A DNA stretch of 64,000 bases from Phoronis australis. Lineage: Eukaryota; Animalia; Phoronida. Shown in pieces: positions 53,089 to 64,000 of the stretch; within the stretch, counting starts at the first letter, position 1; each line of letters starts with the position of its first letter. Made by a program: the position numbers and the translations under genes. The notes under the pieces were generated by a model. It was given only the letters and a program-made list of their open reading frames with translations. It was not told the DNA's origin and made no database searches. The stretch covers positions 28,971 to 92,970 of the forward strand of contig NMRA01000715.1 in the NCBI GenBank assembly GCA_002633005.1. The letters are read 5' to 3'.

Positions 53089-54529
53089 CCTGTTTTGACC
53101 AAAAACGAACGCGATTCAATTCTATGCTCGCGTGAATCCGAGATATGCGGCCGATGGCACTGCTTCGCTTTATGCTTGTGGTATAAAGTTAAAAGTTAGT
53201 ATCTATTAAATAATATGCATCGTTTACACAAACTCCGTCTCCCCCGCTCCACTACAGACCTTCGTTGCGCCCGTTTCGGCACCGTCTTGGTCCCAGGTAT
53301 TGCACCGGTCCCCCATTTGGATTCGGGGTGTTCTATTTTTTTCTCGCGGGCCGTTTTTTCGCGGACGCGGAGGGAGGGTGGCCAGTTTCGTACTGGGCTT
53401 GGTGACGTCAGTCCGTCGGCTCAACGGCCTTGGTGGCATCACTCCGTCGGATTAATTTCACTCCCTCGGGCTTTCTACCTAAGTATGTACATTTATGACG
53501 CAACTTTTGTAAATACACTTATATGCTTTGTGTACTATACAGTATTTTTAAACGCATTCTTAGTATTCGCTTTAAAAAATATCTGATCTCCGTACTTTAT
53601 GTTACGGCAGGGTCAAATGTTCTGGAAAGAAATTTCTACTGCCTGGGGAAAGAATCCCGCATGCACACACTATTTCCCCTCGGCGCTTCCCACTAGCTAC
53701 CCGCGTGAATCCGAATTATGCCGATGGCACTGCTTCTCTTTATGTTTGTGGTATAAATTTAAAAGTTAATATATATGTATACAGTATATTGGTTCGTTGG
53801 CTTCTGCTCGCTTAGTGGAGATGGAGGTAGAAATTACGATCCCACGAGACAGAATGAATCCATAAAAATGCATAGCGTGAGAATTGGAATGCACAATCAT
53901 CGATTCATGATAATTGGTTTACTCTTTAATTATTCCAGTTCATTTGTCAGTTTGTGAATGATGTTAATTTTATTATCACACAAACAGTAGCTGACATATT
54001 TTCCTACTTACTGGTTTGTAGTTTTAACTTATTCAAAGATGATTTGGTCATTATTACCATTTACACTTAGTACAGCAGTGATCGAGATGTAGTCAAGGCA
54101 GAGAGAGACGAGCACGCGCAGTAAAGGAGCACGTGCAGTAGAGCCGGTAGTAGAAGGAAGTCCTGGAGCAGGGATCAAATCTCCTCATACTCAAAACCAA
54201 AGTCGAAACTATTTTTAGTATGTTTCGTTTTACTATGGAATGAACTATTTATTGTTCAGTGCTCGAATACGTCATGTTTCACGTGGGATAACTTGCGTAA
54301 TCCTATTTTGCACTTGATGACCCCAACGTTAAAGCTACAAGTTCGAGTCTGAACTCGAAATTTGACTCGAGCTAGCTCCAATCCAGATATGAAGTGTCAT
54401 CAAGTGTGCATTCGGACCACACAGTGTTTGCGTAATTCATATTATATTCAAGCACAGATTAATAGATACATTAATTATGTTAAGTTTGTATCAAAGGATA
54501 AACCCACTAATGCCAAATTTCGATTTATA

Positions 54530-55564
54530 GCAAAAGATTAGACACCGGCCCAGGAGGTCCAGGATTATGACAATAACACAAGAAATTCTGCAAAGAATTG
54601 AGCAGACGTGGCAAAAACAACACATTATCCCGTGTGACACCGCGTTACTCGACTGTAAAACAGGATTGACTAACAGGCTCGTCCCCTAGCCTCAAGATGG
54701 CGCTGTTCGGTTTAGCCATTTGAGTTTTGGTGAGGAAATACCTTCTGTGAAATGATTGGAGGCTGCCTTGACGTCATTAAAACAAAGGCAGATTTTAATA
54801 ATTTTCACAAGCGTTCTTGCAATTATTCACGAAGCAGAAGGCATTTTTGGTTCTTGTTTGAAATAAAGGTTGTTCTTGTACTTATAGTACCATAGAAATT
54901 AATCTGCTTTCGAATCAAAATACATTATTTTTGCAATAATTAAGACCTAAAATGAGTTTTCATTGTTGTATAATTATACTGCAGAAAATTTAGAACTTTT
55001 GTATTTCTCGTGATATTCCTTACCAGAAACTGAGAAACCTGTATGAACCTNGCAAAAAGATTAGACACCGGCCCAGGAGGTCCAGGATTATGACAATAAC
55101 ACAAGAAATTCTGTAAAGAATCGAGCAGACGTGGCAAAAACAACACATTATCCCGTGTGACACCGCGTTACTCGACTGTAAAACTAACAGGCTCGTCCCC
55201 TAGCCTCAAGATGGCGCTGTTCGGTTTAGCCATTTGAGGTTTGGTGAGGAAATACCTTCTGTGAAATGATTGGAGGCTGCCTTGACGTCATTAAAACAAA
55301 GGCAGATTTTAATAATTTTCACAAGCGTTCTTGCAATCATTCACGAAGCAGAAGGCATTTTTGGTTATTGTTTGAAATAAAGGTTGTTCTTGTACTTATA
55401 GTACCATAGAAATTAATCTGCTTTCGAATCAAAATACATTATTTTTGCAATAATTAAGACCTAAAAGGAGTTTTCATTGTTGAATAATTATACTGCAGAA
55501 AATTTAGAACTTTTGTATTTCTCGTGATATTCCTTACCAGAAACTGAGAAACCTGTATGAACCT
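54530..55564. repeat. About 520-bp tandem duplication across N55051
   Basis: 54530..55050 matches 55052..55564. Confidence 0.9.
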
Positions 55565-55598
55565 GAAGAGGCTCGGAGAACTGACCGACCGAAACGTC
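55563..55598 (+). ncRNA. Minimal type I hammerhead-ribozyme-like motif (Penelope/retrozyme type)
   Basis: CTGAAGA-GGCTCGG-agaactga-CCGACC-GAAA-CGTC: both core boxes and stem II present; stem I weak. Confidence 0.4.
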
Positions 55599-56166
55599 GT
55601 GGCAATGCAAATTGGCTAGATGTTGGCGAAAATGTACCAGTTGAAGTTAGATATGATGTCGCAATCATTTTGCCTTGGATTTTACAGAAAAATAGTTGAT
55701 CCGGCAGTCAAGATGTACTACTACATTTAATTCAAATGACATTAACATTTTCATAACCCATCTCTTACTTTGTACTAAAATGAGTGACATTGAACTGACC
55801 CAGGAATGTCGTGTAAATGTAAGGACTTGTCAAATTACTTTTGTATTTCACAGCACCGTATACTTGACGTCATTGTACTGTCTACTTAAGAGTATCCTAC
55901 TGTTTGGATATTGGGTCCGTACAGTATACTGCAGTCAGTACGTTGCATTACACAAAGTTCCATATTAATACTGACCCAGTACAATTCGCATACTGGACCA
56001 GTACTGCATTGGCTGTCCATTTGGTAGGTGATCTACTTAAAATTATACTGGCCCAGCAGCGCAGTGTACTGGCCCAGTAGTGTATATAAGCTAGTAGTCT
56101 AATGGCCTGTCAACTGCCCTGCATCGGAAAAATGTAACGACCAGACACTGAGCCGGTGTTAAGCTT

Positions 56167-57180
56167 GTACTGTGTGGTAGGCCGTTCGGGTGAAAGTATC
56201 CCCCGTAGTTACGCTCGTAATTACGACTGAGTCTTCGATCGTGTTTTACAACCGTAATCATTATATCTCATTGAGAAATTGGTCTGTAGGTCTGCTATGA
56301 AGCAGTTATGCGCTCGTAATTTCACCCTCGTATTTTTGCTCGTAATTTTACGTTCGCAATTTTCGCTCCTAATATTATTCTCGTATTTTGCGCGTGCTGT
56401 GAAGTATTTACAAGGTAAAATCTCAGCCGCAAAGTAAGTACGTGCGAAAGATTGAAAAATATCGAAGTCTGACTTATTTTTTATTTGCTGCCTTATCCAT
56501 CCCAGGCACTTGAAAGTGGCCCATTTTAGTACATATTGAGATGCCAAAATGCATATCTAGCAGGTTGTCTGACCAATGCAATTTGTTAAAATTACCATTC
56601 TTTTTCAATACTCATTAGATCAAGTTTCATTCTCTTATCAATGCGTGCAAATGACATATGACATTGCAAAACCATAGGTTCAAAAACGGTTTTCGGGGTT
56701 AATTGTGGTACAATTTCTAAATGATGCTAGTAAATCACTCATTCTTTATTCAAGACATCTGAAGAACAAAACCATTTGCACCACAAAAACAATATCACTT
56801 TTGCAATATTTTAATGACTGGTGGTCTCGTGGACTGGTGTTTAAATCTAACGACTACAGTACTTGCTAAATTACGAGCTGAAAATTACGTGCGAAAAATA
56901 CGAGCGTAAAATTACGAGAGTAAACATCTACAGAAATCACGTGACCTACAAATAAATTTGTCATTGGATATACACTGTAACGTTTACGGTCGTAAAACAC
57001 GAGCGAAGTCTCGCTCGCACCCTAGCTCGTAATCACGAGCGAACGATTTCGGTCATAAAACACGAGCAAAGTCTCGGTTGTAATCACAAGCGAACGATTT
57101 CGGTCATGAAACACGAGCGATGCCGTGGTATTGATAACTAGCGGGCAACACTAATTCCCCTGAACTACCCACGATAGTAC
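56167..57180. mobile_element. Foldback/MITE-like element with inverted arms built from CTCGTAATT-type subrepeats
   Basis: Left arm GCTCGTAATT and GATCGTGTTTTACAACCGTAA are mirrored by right arm AATTACGAGC and TTACGGTCGTAAAACACGAGC; ends GTACTGTGTGGTAG / CTACCCACGATAGTAC. Confidence 0.6.
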
Positions 57181-60100
57181 TGGCCCCATGTACGTGGTAT
57201 AAGCCTTGTTCTCTAGTCTACGGTACTGTAACACTAACGCAGACCATACTGTCATGCTCACTGAGTATAAACATATGTACTCTGATTGCATGTGAGAAGT
57301 CTACGGACATGGTTGCGTCGAACTGAGATATAAAGTACATCTGCAACTGTGCCTCGAAAGGTTGACGAATGTAGTGATGGTTTTGTACGACGGGGTCTAG
57401 GATATCACGAGCTGACCAAATTTAATTCTCGATAACATATGTCGGGGCGAGCTTCCCAAACGGCATGCCGACGGCGCTTTTGGGGGTCGCACGTCAGCTC
57501 CCCTTAACGCATATGTAGGCCCGGCAACGGCCTCTCTGACGCCCATGACATGCTGTTGAGATATGCGTACAACGGGCCTATTGCACTCCTAAGGCTTTGA
57601 TGTACTAGCTGCTGAGATACATGTTGGCCTACATCACAGGATTGACAAGTCAACGAGATGGGCTGGACGTGTCGGACTGAACAAAACGCTATTCGAATCT
57701 CTTGTCAACAGAGCACTGAAGTGTACCTAATTCATTGCTCAGTTATTACCCACTATAGTTAGACCTCTGGTCACTCTGTAGACAGTATATGTTGCATCAG
57801 ACAAATTATGAAGAGATATGAACCATAGTTTCCATGGAATACGTATAATAAAAACGTCCATAGTTAAAATGTTTTGATCCTACCTCATCTGGTATGACAA
57901 CAGCAATCAGTGTCACATTCATGTAAGGCTGCTAAACCACAACCTGCCAATGATCCTCGCATTGATAGCTGTAAGGGAGCGCATGCGCGACATACTCCCA
58001 GCATCGATTTTTTATACAAAATTAATAGTTAAGATAATTAGCCAGAGCAACGCTTAAACCACGATTGAATGGCGCGATTGGTTAATGAAGTGACGTAGCG
58101 CTTGTCATTGTAAGTATATGCTGTCTGACCTTGTGGTTATTTATTAAAATATGTAGATAATGTGTGGGGAGCTGCAGGTGTATTAAACGCCAAATGGTTT
58201 TGAAACGAGTATCTCTCTGCACGCGAAAATGTGCTGATTCAAAGCGCCCAATTGCTTATTCAACGGCGCAGAAATGGCAATTCGACAAAGAATAAGAATG
58301 TTACAATAAGCCTACCTATTGGGAAGTTGATCATATCAAAGACAGTTTTCTCCCGAGGCTAAAAGAGCTGCTCCATGTTGAGTTATGCAATTTCTGTATG
58401 GATCATGGATTTGTGCCTAGTTCAACTATACACAGTAAACATCTGGTGTGTCAAGTTTCTCCAGAAAGCAGTTTACTAGCTGAACGCATTGTGCAGTGAT
58501 TTTAACTCCCGACTCATTCGAAGTTGCTGGAACGCATTTCCTTTTCGTCTGCGAAAACGCGAATTTAAAATTAAACAGTTGACAGCCATACTATAACTAA
58601 ACTGGACATCTGAGGCGCATCAGTAACTGCTTTCCGCTGAGGGATCGGACTCAAAACCAGAAGTGCTGCACCCACCTACAGTAACTTGAACGATGATCGT
58701 ACCCGACCGTCGTGAGCAAAACTCAGGTCACTCGTCTCAGGATAAAAATTGGCACTGAGCGCAATTTGGACCCACAAATAGGATTCCAAATGAAGAGTCA
58801 CGTTTCGTTTTCAAAAGCTTTGTGGGTCCTAGATTTTCCCCAGTTAATTACGGGGCAATAATGTAACACTTTAATTTTTCACAACAATCACGTGTTAGGA
58901 TCTGGCAACGGTTTAGTCACCTATGGTATGGTCCCGCAGTGTTGAGAAGGATTAAGATTGACAGGACCCATTGCCAGTAAATAATCTATTTAAATTTTAG
59001 TAACTTATAATTGTAAACCAGTGACACCTGTTAAATAGGCCTAAGGGTACGTTATGCCTCCAAAAAGAGAACCACCTCAGTGTGAGCTGTTTAGTGTGGA
59101 TAGCACTTGTTTACATGTTGTGTACAAATAAATCATTTCATCGTTTGGCAAAGCCTTCTTCATTAACATGCTCCATTGACAGAAGTCGACAACAATTTTC
59201 AAAATTCAATACGCGTCCTGAAGGTCTACGCGTACTCAACGTACGCGTATTGCTAATATGTATCATTCTTACATTTCGCCGAATAACTATTTCTGCGCCT
59301 TGAATAATCAACAGTGCGCGTTCAATAAGCACATTTTAACGCGCACAAATGCACTCGTTGAACCCTTTAGCGTTTCATACCGGTAAAGAGCTTGACGGCT
59401 AACCTGCATTGTCGGTGGATACCAACTCACTTCCCAACGACGACTCAACGTCGAATCAGATGAAAATTAGTATAACAAAGCTAGAATAAACACTGCGATT
59501 ATAAATAATTGGGGTTGAAGTTGAGTCAAAATAGGTACAGTACTTCCAACGAACACATCAAGATAGAAATGCCGCAGCAAAATAAGTTGTGTTACTTTTG
59601 CACACCTCGCCTAGTGTGTGTCATATCAGTTTGAGACTGGTCTATTGATGTGTCATTCTTGATCACGTGGTAACAGTAGATATTTGTCAACCTTTATCAA
59701 TTCATTACTTGTTGGACAACCACCATAACAAGTACTCACGCCTGCTCTCTCGCTTTACTTGCCTGCTGTATGCTGGATAGAAATAGCGTCTGCCTTCCTG
59801 AATCTTTTAAGTAAAAATCGAATCGGACAAATGACAATGCTGTGAAACTCACTTATCGATCTTCTTGTTTGACTGACGAAAAGCAGCTCGGCAGTATTTT
59901 GAAGAACACTTTTTAAAAAGTCTTAGAATGTCGACTGGCTATCAAGAGCTTCAAGAATTGTTTCTTGCCAAGTATATTTCTCTGTCGTTTGTTGTTCGTT
60001 TGTCATTATTCGTATTTTTATCGCATGGAGATAAAATGTACTCACATGTCCCTTGAAAGGTTCATGGCTTTAGTTCGCGGTGGAAATCTGGCGCAAAGTG

Positions 60101-61849
60101 GCACAGCGATCTTTTTTTGCCACGCAGATAAACGAAAATGCATTAAAGTGCAAATATTAAGCCAAGAAAGCGAACCATTGTATCCAGGCGCTGCGATGTT
60201 CATTTGTCGATTTTCTCTTTACAAAGCCATAGCTCCACAACCCTTTAGCGAATCTGTTTTAACTTAGTGGGCAATATGGCTAGACCTTTGGCACGTCACC
60301 GTTCTCGAGTTATTGAAGATGTCCGAACGACTGATGTTCATATGGACTGATCATTCATCGCTATATTGTCGATTGACTCCTGTCCTAGGCCGCATTTTTA
60401 TCCGACAGACACGAAATATGAACACTAACATTCTAGTCCTCAGTATCTCGAGGACTGTTGTGTTTGGTTGTGAATCGGTCTCAGTAAGATGGTGTCAGAG
60501 CATGACTAATTGACGGCGGCGGGTTTGTTTAAAAGGTAGCTATGCTTTGAGATTGTGCGTAGATGGAGAGAGAATGATTAAATCCAGAAATTAATTTATT
60601 ATACGATAACCGCTAATTAGACAAGTGAAACCTGTTGTTACGTAAGTAATCAACTGCAAAGAAGAGTAGCTACGCTAGCGCCCTCTTTAGAGATTACTTT
60701 AATCAATCAACCAAAATAATCAAATGTCTTATCTGCTATCCAAGCTCTAGGACCCTCCACTTGTTGGATGAAAGTCCTGTCGGTGAATCTTCGAACTACA
60801 CACACTGTATTGCGACGGTGAACTTGCTGGTCACAGACTTGCAGGCAGTATCTTCTACCTACGATTCCTCTCGCTGGTCACAGTCCCTCGTGACGCAACA
60901 CGTATAGGTAGCATCTTACTACCCACGATGCAAGTGACAAGCTCTTAGTTAACTTCCTGTTAACCCTTGCCCTTGCCAAGATCCTCAGCAGAATCTTCCA
61001 CGTGATGGCTCTGTTGTACAATTTCCTCTGAGCAAATCTTAGCTTCAACTACTATAGCTCATCTGAATATCTTGTTAATGTCAGCCCATATTATAATATT
61101 CTACTTATTTAGTGATCTAATCATATCATTGGTTGTTTCGATTTGCTCTCAGAAATTTCTAGAATCTCTAGAGTGCTTTGACCCCAAAACCAAAGTAGTA
61201 AACACCATCTAAAAATAGATTTTAACCTTAACATGCATGTCAGCAAGTTTGACCCCATGATTTAAAAGTACATATGCACAAATTGTGGCCAACTTAAAAT
61301 GGATCTATTCTTACTAATTACTCATTCAATATTTATTCTGACAGATGGCGCTATTACAGATATTTTCTAAGGCTCTCGAATTCCACCATGCACGCAATCA
61401 GCTTCTCCAGGGCATGGGTCAAAGTTCAACGCGGGGATGCGCTCTTAGGAGCGTCAGACGTAAACTGAACAAATGTGTCACGACATCCATAATATTGACA
61501 AAACACTAAACTAATTTATGATATTGATGTAAAGGCCTAACTACATATAGGTGCTCCACGTGTAGTTGGAGCAGGAAGTTCCCCTGGTTGTAGCCATGGT
61601 CAGCTAACGGGCTCCTCATTTTTAAGCTGCATCTCGCCCCTGTTTACCTGAATAATGAACGAAAATCTAAACGGGGTTTTACTATCGAAAATGAGTCTCG
61701 TCATACAATATCATGATTTTGCTTGAAATGGCGATAGTCTTCTCTCAATTTTAATCCGTTGTGCCTATTTAAAGTCTGAGGCCGCCGGCGTCTCACATGC
61801 CCTATATGGGAGTACTTTTGGCAACCAATCAAAATGTAGAGCTTGCTGT

Positions 61850-62700
61850 TAGCACCATGCTCCAGTGGCCTTGATCAGGCAGCACAGTGTCGTAGGACGA
61901 TAAATGTACAAGACGTGTACATCAAAAGTTCTTGAGCGACCGTGAAATCATCGCAATAAGCGTGGAATGGCTACATATGTCCAACAAGTTGTTTTTCGGT
62001 CAACCGTCCTTGACATGCATGTAGTTCACAATTTCACGACAGAGGTCGTCTTCCGGCTCATGCCTTTATTACCGGTAGTTGTCCGGGGTATCAGTAGTTT
62101 CCTCACACAATCATCTTCTGTGGATGAGGACGATGAGCTCGGCAAGGTGTCGGTAATATGCAGCTCTTAGAACGGTACATACCGGATATCGCGTGGAAAA
62201 GGGCAGTCCAAGCACTTCGAACTGAAGAGGATCAGAATTAAAAGTGCCCGTGATTCGTCAGTGATCAAACTCAAACTGATCAACTCAGTTACGTAATCTG
62301 GGAAACGGGTGCCCATATAAATGACTGCGAATGCCTCCACGAGCTGCATAGCATATGCAATGTGTCACCATTCCTAATCGGATTTGCAATCATGTCACGA
62401 AACTGCAACTAAGCAGAATGCCAAGCTGTCACCCGATAGAATTAAGTGTTTTGCAATGTGGACCGAACAGCGCAAAACAGGTGCTTGGTAGTGACAGAGC
62501 CAGCGCTGTTTCGAATTCATGTACTTGGGCCAATTCCCAAAGCCAGTCATTCTTAGCAGTCAACATATCACGCAAATTTTACGCTTTAAAAGTATTTGCA
62601 CGTTTGCAAGTCATGCACGAGAAAACCGAGAGCATCCCGGTGAAGTCCTCGGCATATTAGAGGTTAGATGGCACCGTCACGGAGTTGAAAGGGTGCTACT
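61850..62700 (-). mobile_element. Degenerate Ty3/Gypsy pol remnant (RT thumb, RNase H, integrase linker)
   Basis: Frame-broken peptides LRDMLTAKNDWLWELAQVHEF, ALFGP, EAFAVIY..RFPDYV..TD..LFSSKCLD, DIRYVP, ELHITDTL, EDDLCREIVNY..KDG*P, PFHAYCDDFTVAQELLMY in the order expected for Gypsy pol. Confidence 0.7.
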
Positions 62701-63239
62701 CAAATTAAGGGGATTGGCTGGACGCGCTATATCAGATTGTTGCGGTTGTACAGCACGACACGCCTGTTTATTGTACGACTTTCAAAGTAAAAAAATGAAT
62801 AATAAGTAAGGCAAAAAACGTGACACTTTTTAAATTGAAAAAATAGCCGTCTTTAAGTTTTAAAATCTATCGCATACGTTGTCAGAGAAATTAGCCAATA
62901 GGATTTCTTCAGCATCATGGCTTAGCAACGAGCACGTGAATCGATTAGTGACGGGATAGTGACAAGCTGGCTCAGGCTCGCTTAGTAGGCGTTGGGGTTG
63001 GAAAACTATGATGGGCCGTTGGGGGGAAAGTGTCGCCGGAAAAATACTTGTGTACATTACGCCGTTATTTACGCCGTANAATGATAGTTTTAAGTGTAGA
63101 TTGTATTTTTGACGAGGTGAAAACTCAAAATCGGTAACCCAAATCCGGCCACGGCCCATTTAAAATACACTGAAGTAACGAAATGAATACAGAAAGCGAA
63201 TGGAAGTATTGTAGGCCCTATATGGCCAACCGAGGGGCT

Positions 63240-63548
63240 ACGTGTTGCCTACTAGATGGCCCCGCGTTGGTTTGAATGCGCTAAATTTCCCCTTACTCCC
63301 AGCTCTCCTAATGTTGTTTATCCATTTTCACGAAGTTCTTGGTTTGCAGGGAACACAAAAGCTCAGATTTTTATCTCTCTTGTTGTTTTTGAAGCAGCCA
63401 GGAACACAACAAGTGTATCCGCCGTAAGTTTTCTGCGCGCTCATACCGCGTATTATGCTTGTTATTATGGCCGCTTTCAGTATCCTGACCACAGCACCCA
63501 CAATGCACCATTTTAACCTAATTTCAATATGGCGTCGCTGCAAATCCG
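63240..63548 (-). mobile_element. THAP-encoding DNA transposon end (ISL2EU/Harbinger-like), degenerate
   Basis: MSAQKTYGGYTCCVPGCFKNNKRDKNLSF/FPANQELRE/KWINNIRRAGSKGKFSAFKPTRGH (THAP C..C, FP, W) with frameshifts; ends ...ATCCGCT|ATTG. Confidence 0.6.
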
Positions 63549-64000
63549 CTATTGATGTGTCATTCTTTATCACGTGGTAACAGTAGATATTGTCAACCTT
63601 TATCAATGCATTACTTGTTGGACAACCACCATCACAAGTACTCACGCCTGCTCTCTCGCTTTGCTTGCCTGCTGTATGCTGGATAGAAATAGCGTCTGCC
63701 TTCCTGAATCTTTTAAGTAAAAATCAAATCGGACAAATGACAATGCTGTGAAACTCACTTATCGATCTTCTTGTTTGACTGACGAAAAGCAGTTCGGCAG
63801 TATTTTGAAGAACTCTTTTTAAAAAGTCTTAGAATGTCGACTGGCTATCAAGAGCTTCAAGAATTGTTTCTTGCCAAGTATATTTCTCTGTCGTTTTTTG
63901 TTCGTTTGTCATTATTTGTATGTTTATCACATGGAGATAAAATGTACTCACATGTTCCTTGAAAGGTACATGACTTAAGTTCGCGGTGGGAGTCTGGAGC

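Larger units (their letters stand above)
59642..64000. repeat. Direct repeat of at least 450 bp (59642..about 60093 and 63549..64000)
   Basis: CTATTGATGTGTCATTCTT...TTCGCGGTGG near-identical in both; N63079 lies between the copies. Confidence 0.9.

Noticed and set aside
52748-53119. Two similar ORFs on opposite strands suggesting a gene pair
   Set aside because: A by-product of the DNA palindrome; no protein family features
57600-57725. RTE-like LINE remnant (RWAGRV), and a similar hint near 46860..47080
   Set aside because: Too degenerate to support beyond a few residues
60636-61485. Solo LTR (TGTTACG...CACGACA) beside the Gypsy remnant
   Set aside because: The ends are suggestive, but I found no TSD or partner LTR; not enough support

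Overview
Intron-rich animal genomic DNA, probably a marine invertebrate (lophotrochozoan-like; this is an inference). It is not prokaryotic. Two spliced protein-coding genes lie on the minus strand. (1) A complete 11-exon polypeptide N-acetylgalactosaminyltransferase (GALNT, pgant9/gly-5-like; CDS 21171->1575, 642 aa) with DXH, WGGEN and a ricin-B lectin domain. (2) An SLC38A11-like amino-acid transporter (46282->29395), with one exon not visible (probably lost at an assembly join) and one exon present twice. Introns and intergenic DNA are rich in transposon debris. The most notable pieces are two internally deleted Kolobok DNA transposons in GALNT introns, each keeping the THAP-transposase start facing the start of a KolX (P2X7 ballast-like) ORF. 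Also present: hAT-type MITEs with 5-bp TSDs, an RTEX-like LINE fragment, a Gypsy pol remnant, other THAP remnants, a 322-bp spacerless palindrome, degenerate hammerhead-ribozyme-like motifs and minisatellites. Several tandem duplications sit at single-N joins and are probably uncollapsed haplotypes. I found no convincing wholly new multi-gene system. The best leads are the paired Kolobok/KolX remnants, the atypical GALNT active-site loop, and the strong excess of TACATGTA/TAGGCCTA octamers that resemble transposon excision footprints.
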